Positions 43,083-52,661 of a DNA stretch of 64,000 nucleotides are shown one piece after another. A model generated the notes under the pieces. The model was not told where the DNA came from, searched no databases, and was given only the letters and a program-made list of their open reading frames with translations. Made by a program: the position numbers and the translations under genes. Positions within the stretch are counted from its first letter, which is position 1, and each line of letters starts with the position of its first letter. This DNA comes from Podarcis erhardii (taxonomy: Eukaryota): assembly GCA_964252035.1 (NCBI GenBank), contig OZ176208.1; one strand, given 5' to 3'.

Positions 43083-43923
43083 GTGAGACAAATTTGGTAG
43101 AAGGGCTCTGAGATCAGCCTATTCTTTCAGTACTTCGCCTGGGGGGCTTATTTGGGCCTCGGTGGATACTTTCTGTGGTTTTACCCCGAAATAGATTACT
43201 TTAATTCCTTCATTTCCGTTTATTACTTTTTAGCCTTTGCAAACTTTCTAGTTTCTTTCTCCTTTAACACCCCCCCCCCCCCGTTTCTTCGCTAACCTTT
43301 GGCTGGATAATTGTTACTCTTTTGGCCAAAATTCTTAATTTGCCATTACAGTTTATTCGGGCATTTGTTTCCCTCCCTCGCTAACTACCAGTGCTGGTTG
43401 GCAATTTTATTTCTCCTTAGCAAGTCCTGGGATTTGTTGCCTTTCAGTCAGCAGCCGGCTAAATCTTATATTTTGGCCTTTTCTATTCTAATTATCCTTT
43501 CAGTGTCTACTCCTTGCTAGCTTGTTCTGCAATTAGGCGTGGTATTTACGCTCCAGTGGGCAGTTATTTACTTCTATAAGCAGATAGGCTGACAACTATT
43601 AATAGCCTGACTGTTAATACTTCTTCCTTGCTTATTAAATAATATATATATATATTTATACCAATAAATAAATAAATAAATAAATACAATAAAAAAATAA
43701 TAATAATTAAAAAACACAATAATAATAAATAAATTAATTAATTAAAAAAAAATTCTTCTTCTATACTTGAACACAACTTCATAGGCCAAGTAGATAAGCA
43801 AGACCCTGCCAAGTTGGAACAGTCTGCTTGAAGTACCTTTTAGATTTTGATCAATAGCTGGTAATACGTCAGACTGATCTAGCGCTCCGTGCCAATTTCC
43901 TGCTTTCTCCTTTCTGCTTTATT

Positions 43924-45408
43924 ATGGAGGGCAACGGTAATTCCCAAGCACCTCAGCCTGGTAATGTTCTGGTGCCAACGGGCCCTTGCAATCCTCAGGC
44001 CCTGGCTCAGCTATTTTCCGCTCTTCAATCCTTTTACACCCAGTGCAGGGCACCCATCACTCCCTCTCTGAACATTGTGGAAGTGACTCAAGATTGCATC
44101 CCGGATACCCCCTCCAGTCAGCAGGGTCAGGAGGGGCCCTCCACCAGCGCAGCTTCCATGGTCCAGCAGGCCCCCAGCAGGCCTCGGACACGTCTGCAAA
44201 CGGCGCGTGCTCAAAAGTCTAAGTCAGGTCCACAGAAGGGTAAGGTGCCTGCTCAAAAGCCTAGGGCCAATACACAGAAGCCTAGACCATCGGTGGCCTC
44301 CCCTGCGGTCCCTCGACAGGAGGTAATAGACGTCCCTAGTGTTTTTCAGGACAACCCAGGGCAGCAGAGTTCCTCGGAGGGGTCAACATCGGATGAGGAG
44401 ATACTCCCACAGCAGGCCATCAATGACCCTGCCCCGGGCGACGGTGTCCCACGGGGTGGAAAACGGAAGTCGAAGAAGAAGCATCGGTTGAAGAAGAACA
44501 AGAGGAGAGACACTTCTGACTCTGAGGAGGAGACAGGTACTTCTTCTTCTGAAGGGGATAGTGATGCTCCTATGGAGACATACTGGGGAGAAGGGGAGGA
44601 CACGGGAGCCCCACTGTGGATCCATGAAAGGAGGGCCAATTCACACAGAAAAGCCTTTAATGGCACTCTTGACTGGAAGGATGGTGCTTTGGTCCAAGAC
44701 ATTAAAGTCTCAACCAACTCCGCCACTGACTTTATTCTGGGGAATCACCTCTCTAAGAAGAAGAGGAATAAGATATTAAATGGTGATTACGTTGATATGT
44801 TTTCGTTGCTACCCCCAGCTCAAGTTAAGGGAAAAGGGGAGAAAAGAAGGTATTACGGTAAAAAGAGGTACAGGGCTCCTGGGGTTGAGCGAACTTTTGA
44901 GAATTGGCTTAATGGGTATCAAGTTTTTATGGCAGTAGTGTCCAGTTGTTATCCCAAACGGGGCATGCACCTCGCGTCTTACCTGGCGCACGTCAGGCGG
45001 GCGCGGGAATTAGCGGGCGATGAGGCCGCCTTGGCGTATGATGAGGAATTTCGGAGGAACGCCTCGCTGCTGTCCTCTACGCGATGGGACCAAAAGGACA
45101 ACAACTGCTGGATGGAACATGTGGGGCCGAACATCGAAAAGAAATCCACTGAGCAGCCAAAATCTGGTAAGGTGGAGACGCAACGCCGTAGACAGTGCTG
45201 GGACTTCAACAAGGGTACCTGTCAGCGCGTAGCCTGTAAGTACTTGCACGAATGTGATAAGTGCTTAGGCAGCCACCCAGCAATCAACTGTTACAAAGGG
45301 AAGCAGCAGCCCTTTCGCGGAGGCAGGGGTCACCTCACCCGGGGTAATCGAGGTGCCCCCGTGGGACCCGCTGGTCCCGCCCAAGGGCCGTCTGGGTCCC
45401 GATACTAA
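43924..45408 (+). CDS. Gag-like ORF1 of the DIRS/Ngaro element (494 aa)
   Basis: ATG in strong Kozak context (ATTATGG). Low-complexity N-terminus, basic NLS-like run (KRKSKKKHRLKKNKRR), typical DIRS Gag core (HLSKKKRNKILNGDYVDMFSLL; YDEEFRR; RWD). C-terminal C-x7-C-x4-C-x3-H plus C-x2-C-x3-H-x4-C zinc fingers. Confidence 0.9.
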   Translation: MEGNGNSQAPQPGNVLVPTGPCNPQALAQLFSALQSFYTQCRAPITPSLNIVEVTQDCIPDTPSSQQGQEGPSTSAASMVQQAPSRPRTRLQTARAQKSKSGPQKGKVPAQKPRANTQKPRPSVASPAVPRQEVIDVPSVFQDNPGQQSSSEGSTSDEEILPQQAINDPAPGDGVPRGGKRKSKKKHRLKKNKRRDTSDSEEETGTSSSEGDSDAPMETYWGEGEDTGAPLWIHERRANSHRKAFNGTLDWKDGALVQDIKVSTNSATDFILGNHLSKKKRNKILNGDYVDMFSLLPPAQVKGKGEKRRYYGKKRYRAPGVERTFENWLNGYQVFMAVVSSCYPKRGMHLASYLAHVRRARELAGDEAALAYDEEFRRNASLLSSTRWDQKDNNCWMEHVGPNIEKKSTEQPKSGKVETQRRRQCWDFNKGTCQRVACKYLHECDKCLGSHPAINCYKGKQQPFRGGRGHLTRGNRGAPVGPAGPAQGPSGSRY

Positions 45409-47017
45409 CGTTTCCCTCAGCTTGGCGTACTCCCCGATAAAATTACAGCCCCTGAGAGCACTGTTGAAGCTTTATCCAAATAGACAAGCGGCCTGCCTCT
45501 TAGAGGAAGGGTTTTCCCAGGGTTTTAGAATCCCGGTCACCTTCACCCCCAACGCAAGTTGTCCCCCTAACCAGACGTCTGTGCTAGAAAGACCCGACAT
45601 TGCCACAAAAAAGATCCAAAAAGAGATTGCCGCCGGGAGGGTGGCCGGGCCCTTCACTTTCCCCCCCATTGAGGGTTTGCATATTTCTCCCCTTGGTATT
45701 GTCCCTAAGAAGGCCCCCGGGGAATTTCGTATGATACATAACTTGTCTTACCCCAAGGGAGCCTCGGCCAATGACGCCATCCCCCAGGAAATGTGCACAG
45801 TGAAGTATGCCTCCTTCGATCAAGCTGTGCGGTTGGTAAGGAGTTTTGGTAGGGGCGCCTTTATGGCAAAATGCGACATTGAGTCGGCATTTCGCCTTCT
45901 TCCGGTCCACCCAGATGACTATCGTTGGTTGGGTTTCAAGTTCCAGGGAGCCTTCTTCATCGATAAAGCTATGCCTATGGGATGTTCGATTGCCTGCGCT
46001 GCGTTTGAGACCTTTAGCACATTTCTGGAATGGGCCTTAAAGTTTAGAACTGGTTCCGAAGGGGTGGGGCACTATCTGGATGATTTTATTTTGGTGGCGA
46101 GGAACGCTGGTGAGTGCAGGACCTTGCTTCTAGCTTTTGAATCCCTAGCCAGTGAACTGGGGGTCCCTTTGGCAAGTGAGAAGACAGAGGGCCCGGTCAC
46201 GACCATGACGTACCTGGGTATCGAACTGGACACTTTGGCCCAAACTTCTCGCTTACCAGCTGAGAAGTTGGTTGCCTTAAAAGAACTTATTGGCCAAATG
46301 CTGCCTTTAAAGAAGGTCACCCTGAGACAAATTCAATCCCTTCTGGGGCACCTCAACTTTGCCTGCCGTGTGGTTTCCCCCGGCCGCCCCTTTTGTGGCC
46401 GTCTAGCTAAGCTGTCTGTGGGTTTACGGTCTCCACATCATAGGGTTCGCCTATCCAAGGCGGTAAAGTCCGACCTCCAAGTTTGGTTGCAATTCCTAGA
46501 TGGTTTTAACGGCATATCTTTGTGGCAGGATACCTTGGTCCTGCAGTCGGATTTTCAGGTACATTCGGATGCAGCTGGATCCTTAGGTTTCGGTGTGTAC
46601 TTCAGGGGGCAATGGTGCGCCCAGCGTTGGCCTCCCTCTTGGCAAGGAAAACCAATACTGCGTGATTTGACATTCCTGGAATTCTTCCCTATTGTAGTCG
46701 CAATCCACATTTGGGAGGAGCAGTTAAAAAACCATAGGGTTTGTTTCTGGACGGACAACCAAGCGGTTGTCTCAGTTCTGAATAAACAATCTTCACATTC
46801 TCCTAGAGTTGCTTCGCTTTTGCGGTATTTCGTCCTTTCATGCCTGCGGTTGAACCTTCACGCTTCCGCCAAATTCGTTCCCGGTATAGACAATAACATT
46901 GCGGATGCTTTATCTCGTTTCCAGATGGAACGCTTTCGCTCATTGGCGCCGGATGCGCAGCAGCAGCCGCAACCGTTTCCGGAGCACCTCTGGAGTATTG
47001 GCAACGAGAAGCAATAA
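45353..47017 (+). CDS. Reverse transcriptase / RNase H of the DIRS/Ngaro element (554 aa, uninterrupted)
   Basis: RT motifs: ISPLGIVPKK, FRMIHNLS, KCDIESAFRLLPV, MPMGCS, HYLDDF, YLGIELD. RNase H motifs: SDAAGS, LEFFPI, WTDNQ, NNIADALSR. The frame is open from 45269 (+1 relative to gag); the first ATG is only at 45731. Confidence 0.97.
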   Translation: MPPWDPLVPPKGRLGPDTNVSLSLAYSPIKLQPLRALLKLYPNRQAACLLEEGFSQGFRIPVTFTPNASCPPNQTSVLERPDIATKKIQKEIAAGRVAGPFTFPPIEGLHISPLGIVPKKAPGEFRMIHNLSYPKGASANDAIPQEMCTVKYASFDQAVRLVRSFGRGAFMAKCDIESAFRLLPVHPDDYRWLGFKFQGAFFIDKAMPMGCSIACAAFETFSTFLEWALKFRTGSEGVGHYLDDFILVARNAGECRTLLLAFESLASELGVPLASEKTEGPVTTMTYLGIELDTLAQTSRLPAEKLVALKELIGQMLPLKKVTLRQIQSLLGHLNFACRVVSPGRPFCGRLAKLSVGLRSPHHRVRLSKAVKSDLQVWLQFLDGFNGISLWQDTLVLQSDFQVHSDAAGSLGFGVYFRGQWCAQRWPPSWQGKPILRDLTFLEFFPIVVAIHIWEEQLKNHRVCFWTDNQAVVSVLNKQSSHSPRVASLLRYFVLSCLRLNLHASAKFVPGIDNNIADALSRFQMERFRSLAPDAQQQPQPFPEHLWSIGNEKQ

Positions 47018-47025
47018 AGGGAGTA

Positions 47026-47898
47026 TTGTCCGCACTGGCTCCTTCTACTCTCAAATCTTATAATAAGGCATGGCTAGACTTTACATCTTTCCACAGGAAG
47101 AAGGAGTGGTTTAGGCCTGGTAGGCCGCCGTCTAAGTCGGAAGTCATAGAGTATATGGTTCGCCTTCGAGATCTAGGTCGGGCTCCCAAAACCCTCAATA
47201 TCCATTCGGCGGCGATATCCTTCTTTTCTAAAGCCTTATTCTCCGTCGATCCCTGCTCACATTTTGTTGTCCGGAAAATGCTGGAGGGCTGGCGCAGGGC
47301 CAGACCTCAGGGCCAAGACGGTAGAAGGCCCATAACGCTGGACATACTTACCCAAATCCGCAGAAAGCTTAGGGTCCTTTGTTGGTCAAGGTATGAGGCC
47401 AGATTATTCTCTGCTGCATTTTCCTTTGCATTCTTTGGGGCTTTGCGCATTGGTGAGGTGGTCTGCGTAGACCGTGCAGCCAATAGGGGCCTATTGTTGG
47501 AGGATGTAACGGTAGCCAGCTCGCACGTCATACTAAAAATCCGCAGTTCCAAGACCGACCAGCTGGGCAGGGGAGCCTTTATCCACCTCCAGGCGACCCA
47601 GAAGGCTGGCCCTTGCCCAGTAAAAGACGCTAAGAAATATCTGTGTGTAAGACCGAAATCTAATGGCCCCTTTTTCTTGCATTCCGATGGGTCCTTTCTC
47701 TCTAAACATCAGTTCACGAGGGTCATGCGCAAAGCGATCGCGGCCATTGGTCTGCCGCAAGAGGAGTATGCTGCACACTCCTTTCGCATTGGGCCGGCGA
47801 CCACCGCCGTTCATATGGGTTTACCGGCTGAAAGGATTATGGACATGGGGCGTTGGAAATCCAACGCATACAAGGGTTACATTCGGAAGCCTTTTTAA
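47026..47898 (+). CDS. Tyrosine recombinase (phage-integrase family) of the DIRS/Ngaro element
   Basis: Catalytic motifs FFGALRIGE (R), SKTDQ (K), HSFR (H-x-x-R), GRWKS (W) and YKGYIR (Y), plus an N-terminal LAPSTLKSY core-binding region. The frame is open from 46897 and overlaps the RNase H end; the first ATG is at 47155. Confidence 0.96.
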   Translation: MSALAPSTLKSYNKAWLDFTSFHRKKEWFRPGRPPSKSEVIEYMVRLRDLGRAPKTLNIHSAAISFFSKALFSVDPCSHFVVRKMLEGWRRARPQGQDGRRPITLDILTQIRRKLRVLCWSRYEARLFSAAFSFAFFGALRIGEVVCVDRAANRGLLLEDVTVASSHVILKIRSSKTDQLGRGAFIHLQATQKAGPCPVKDAKKYLCVRPKSNGPFFLHSDGSFLSKHQFTRVMRKAIAAIGLPQEEYAAHSFRIGPATTAVHMGLPAERIMDMGRWKSNAYKGYIRKPF

Positions 47899-47973
47899 TT
47901 TCCTGTCACTCTTTTCTCTTCTACTCACCAAGGGCATCCCTCCTGACCCGGCTTTCTTATTCTATCCTTCCAG

Positions 47974-48558
47974 GTGCTGTTTTGGTGCGACTGTGGATTA
48001 TCGGTCACAGTATCGTTCATTGGGCTAAACGTCGAGCAGAGCGCAGGCGACGGGATGCTGACCTCCTACTACCTAACAATGTTAAAGTGTCATGGGTTAC
48101 TAGGCGTGGTATGCGTTGGGAAGAATTCTTCCCAGCCATATCCAGAAGAATTGCGGAAGAAGGTTCGCCTGACGCCTTGATCATACAACTGGGCGAGAAC
48201 GATCTGGCTTATAGGAAAGGGGTAGACTTAATGTGGAACATTATCAATGACTTGGAACCGTTGAGGGCGTCCCACTCTAATATTACAATAATTTGGTCAT
48301 CCTTGCTGGAAAGGCGAGTTTGGCGGGATGCAGCGTAACCCGCAGCGGTGGATAAAGCCAGAAGGATTGTGGAGCGCACCGTGGCGCGTAGGGTGGCCGC
48401 GCTGGGCGGACTGGTCATCAAACACCCGGAAATTCAATATAACGATACACTCTATCGCTGGGATGGCGTACATCTATCTGATGCTGGCAATGATATCTGG
48501 TTGGCTGATATTTGGAATTTGGCTGATATTTGGAATTAGGGATTGGTTACAGGTCTGA
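47974..48558 (+). pseudogene. SGNH/GDSL-type hydrolase (esterase) ORF of the element, disrupted
   Basis: Blocks WIIGHS (Ser), RGMRW (Gly), IQLGENDL (Asn) and DGVHLS (His) lie in one frame. In-frame TAA at 48336-48338. An 18-bp tandem duplication (48501-48536) leads to TAG at 48537, and a shifted frame continues as RDWLQV. Confidence 0.88.
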
Positions 48559-48594
48559 GGGTATTGGCGGCGAGCCGGCGTAACGCGGCTCGAG

Positions 48595-48985
48595 TGGCGG
48601 TAGGCATTGGCCGGGGTATTGTCATGCAAATGAGATCGGGGGGGAGGAGCGCCATCACCTCCCCCAATGCTTGAAGGGTAGTTCGTTAAAGGACTCCGAG
48701 GGGCGACGCCTCGTCCGAAACCTACAGAGGCTAGGGCCTAAAGCGTGCCCCCAAGCGGTAACCCCTCGGGGAGCGCCTAGGGATATGCATCTCGGGTAGC
48801 TCCCCCTGTTGGTGTTTAACCCTTCCTGGTTAGACCGGATAGTTGGTTAGGGGCCAATGCCTAAAGCCAATACCTCTCTTACCTGTAATCAATAAAGTTG
48901 TGGCCATTTTCGCCCATTAACCTAAATACTTGTGTCCAGTGTCTTTATTCATTCCACCTGTGGGGGGGAGGGTATAGCCACGCAA
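48595..48985 (+). repeat. Split direct repeat B1, containing AATAAA at 48891-48896
   Basis: About 390 bp, repeated at 49366-49755 with about a dozen differences, mostly transitions. Confidence 0.95.
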
Positions 48986-49202
48986 TGCCACTACCAAGCT
49001 CAGGAGGGGGTGGGGTTGCGGGCTCCCGACCACGCCCACACGCCCGCGAGGCTGGCGTCAGCCTCGCGGGAAGCAGGGATTCCCTCGTTTCTTCCCCGCG
49101 CGCCAGCCAATTGGCTGGCAGCAGGGGCAGGCCTTTCAGAGGCCACTTAAGGTCGGGGCAGCCCTTGGCTCGCCCCTTTCCTACCTTGCAGCTGCGCGAT
49201 TT
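48984..49202 (+). repeat. Split direct repeat A2
   Basis: Copy of 42089-42307; shares the AA dinucleotide with the end of B1. Confidence 0.95.
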
Positions 49203-49365
49203 CCCACCCACCCACCCTTTAGGTTTGCCATCGACTTTGCTATGGGCTTCGGCTGGTCGCCGCTTGGGGCCAGGTAGGAATTTTTTCCATTTGGCTAAGT
49301 GGCTGGTTCGGAGCCATTTGGTTTTTTGCCTACCTCTTAGCAATTCGTCACAACTTCCTCGGTTA

Positions 49366-49755
49366 TGGTGGTAGGCATTGGCCGGGGTATTGTCATGCAA
49401 ATGAGATCGGGGGGAGGAGCGCCATCACCTCCCCCAATGCTTGAAGGGTAGTTCGTTAAAGGACTCCGAGGGGTGACGCCTCGTCCGAAACCTACGGAGG
49501 CTAGGGCCTAAAGCACGCCCCCGAACGGTAACCCCTTGGGGAGCGCCTAGGGATATGCATCTCGGGTAGCTCCCCCTGTTGGTGTTTAACCCTTCCCGGT
49601 TAGACCGGATAGTCGGTTAGGGGCCAATGCCTAAAGCCAATACCTCTCTTACCTGTAATCAATAAAGTTGTGGCCATTTTCGCCCATTAACCTAAATACT
49701 TGTGTCCAGTGTCTTTATTCATTCCACCTGTGAGGGGGAGGGTATAGCCACGCAA
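49366..49755 (+). repeat. Split direct repeat B2 (3' terminus), AATAAA at 49661-49666
   Basis: Copy of B1, ending GGTATAGCCACGCAA. Confidence 0.95.
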
Positions 49756-52614
49756 AAACAAGTCCATCAGCTTACCTATGTTCTATATATAAATACGTAT
49801 ATAAACATATCCCCATTGTTTCTATCTAATAGAGAAGAATAACAACATAGCAGTTTGGAATAGCTATCATCAAAAGGAGGTAGTTATCTGCTCAAATTGA
49901 TTGCAATTTCTTGAGCATAGGATGTTCTGAATTATTTATTTTGTGTGCAGATTACCACATAGTTTGGATCCTACCATGATTTTGCTTATTCCCTGTCTGA
50001 AGGATTCAGTTGGCCTTATATGTGAGCAGTCATGTAGGATTCCATAAACACACAAACAAAATCAAGATTTAAAACATGTAGTTCTACACAGTCTACACAA
50101 ACTGACATACAGCAGCAGCAGCCAGAACAATGGGAACTCCCAATATTTGAAGAAAGGTAAGCCAGCCTAGCTTCTCTAATTATCTTTCTATTTCATTGGT
50201 TCTTCTGCAATTCTAACAGAATACTGATTATCATAAGTGAATTTCACCATTGACAGAGACCTTTTACCAGAAAGACAAGATTGACACAAGCAATTGAAAG
50301 CCAGCTAATGAAAAAAGCCAAATGTACTTTTTACGAATGTTAAGTTTGTGGATTACTGCCCAAGCCCTGGCACCACTCAACAAGTGTCCTGATTTTCCAG
50401 GGACAGACCCATAATTATGAAAGCAATCCTGGCTTCTGATTTGATCTCAGAATGGCCTTATTTCCCCTGCTAGTACTGCCGCTGCCAAGCTCGGGGCGGA
50501 GGAGAAGGCAGCGTTTGTCTCGAGCGACAGCAGTGGTGGTGGCAGTGGCGAGAGAGCATCCCATTGCCTCTCCATGGTCTTGCCATGGCCACTGCTGCTG
50601 GCATCCTCCCTTGGGCAGCTTGTAGTTGCTGCTGGGGATCAGACAAAGAGGAGAAGTGGCTGTTGCCATTGAGGCCCATTCCCATGTGACGATTGGCTCT
50701 GAGGGGCAAGCAGAAAGCAGGCCCCCGTCTGGGTGGGAAGAAAGAAGAAGCGGAGTGGAGTACACCAAGCAGCCTTGGGTTTTTTAATGCTTGGTAAATT
50801 TCTGAAATTGCTTTCGAGTGCATTTTTCTTTTTATAACTCTACCAAAGGGGGGGGGAGGATTGGATTAAGGGGTTTTCTCAGCACAGTGGAGGGCGTATG
50901 TGCTGTGCTTCATTGGTATCATGGTGATAGCACTCACCTTTCTTTTGATAGGAAATGGTCTTTGAGGGAAGACAACAAAGAAATGGGAGGTGAAGGAGGG
51001 TCAGTTGGTGGGGAGTGTGTGAGAGACTAGTGTGTGTGTGTGTGCGCACACACACACACATGCTAATATATATATAGAAAAATGTGATACAAAAAAGTAA
51101 ACATTAGTTAAATCTACAAAATCAGACTTCAATTTGAATGTCTGCAGAAATAAAAATGTATTCACTGGTGCCAGAAGTTCAACAGGGTGGGGGGCCTGTC
51201 TGATCTCAGTTGGAAGAGAGTTCTGTAATTAAAGCTGGTATAGAAATAATAATGATGATGATGATGATGATGATGATGTTTATTAAATTTGTATCACCTT
51301 TCATCCATAGATCTCAGGGTGATTCACAAATAATAATAAAATTGGACCCACAATACTGAATGTATGACTGGTGGATACGAACCATGCATCAGAGCCATTG
51401 GGGACCACTACCAGTCTTTCTCCCCAAAAACACAGTGGTCAGGTATCTCATGAGTCTCCTTCACCTGAACTGCAATGTAAGCCAAGACACACACCAAATT
51501 TTCCAAGGTTAAATAGAAAAAGATGATATCAGAAAGGTTGGTTTGATTTTGTATATGCTTTATTTCTCATGGTTAATAGTTATAGAAAACTAAAACCGGA
51601 AACTGATATGATAGAATTTCTGGTTGAGCTGGACTTAGCAAGTATTTTATTATTATATTCAATAGGTCGACAGTCATGATTGATGGTGGATTTTCATTTA
51701 TTTATGCTTAATTTAGTTCTGTTTGCCATCACATTTGTTATATAAAGTTCATCTCCCTCTTATATATTGTGATGACCTATTGTAAGCAATGCATTTGAAC
51801 TGAAATCTCAAAGTGAGCAACTAAAACATACCAAATCACAGTAAAAAGAGGTAAAAATCATGTCCCCCTCTCTTATACATAACATTTTTGAAATGTGGTA
51901 CACAACATATTCTAGGCAAAAACTGAGCACCTTTTAAGCCTCATGGATGGCAGTTGAATGCTTAAGACACCCACTAAAATCAATGGGAATTATCCATGCT
52001 TCAGTTTAGCTAGATTATTTAATAAATATGATAAGCACTGAATATTCAATCTATGTCTGTCCTAAATGATATTGATTAAGTGAATCTTCATCTCTGACAG
52101 AAGTTGACAGAATTTTTCTTTCAGGTGATTTGGATGTGCTCTCGTTCTTGCCAGGACATCATTAACTATAAGGTGACTACAGGATTAAATCCCTCATCAT
52201 TTTCATTCTTCAGTACTCTTCAAGATGTGTATTCCTCAAACATAATTGAGTGCTGTTTAGATGATAGGAGAATTTCAAAGATTTCTTTAGTCAGAGGGTG
52301 ATGTCTCTTCTCATTATTCAGCCTTACTAAAAAGGCCAAGCTGATAAGGATGCCTTTGAAGACAGACTAGTTTATTAAGTGTCTACTATCTCTTTTTAAA
52401 TCATATCCTACACGATAGCTTCAATTATTTACTATACAGCAGTGGTAAAAAAGTGTTAATTAGAAAAGATTAAAAAGCTCCACTCTAGGGGAGCTCCTGT
52501 ATAGACACTTCCATTTCCAATGGCTGAAGTGACCAGCTAATTTGCAGTTTCTAATAGACTGAATACATGATGTACAGAATATATATATATGCTTTCGTAG
52601 ATTTCCAAAACCTG

Positions 52615-52658
<44 letters not shown>

Positions 52659-52661
<3 letters not shown>

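Larger units (their letters stand above)
42089..49755 (+). mobile_element. Tyrosine-recombinase retrotransposon (DIRS order, Ngaro-like split direct repeats A1...B1-A2-B2), near full length
   Basis: A1 42089-42307 matches A2 48984-49202 (7 substitutions by eye). B1 ~48595-48985 matches B2 ~49366-49755. Four consecutive + strand ORFs carry Gag zinc-finger, RT/RNase H, YR and SGNH motifs. No target-site duplication; AA dinucleotide at both termini. Confidence 0.96.

Noticed and set aside
44346-45910. Antisense ORFs inside the DIRS element
   Set aside because: Expected shadows of GC-rich sense ORFs; no motifs.
48685-48722. GGAC...GTCC-GAAAC in repeat B as a hammerhead ribozyme
   Set aside because: The stem-II/GAAA half is present, but there is no upstream CUGANGA core (the sequence is TTCGTTAAA).
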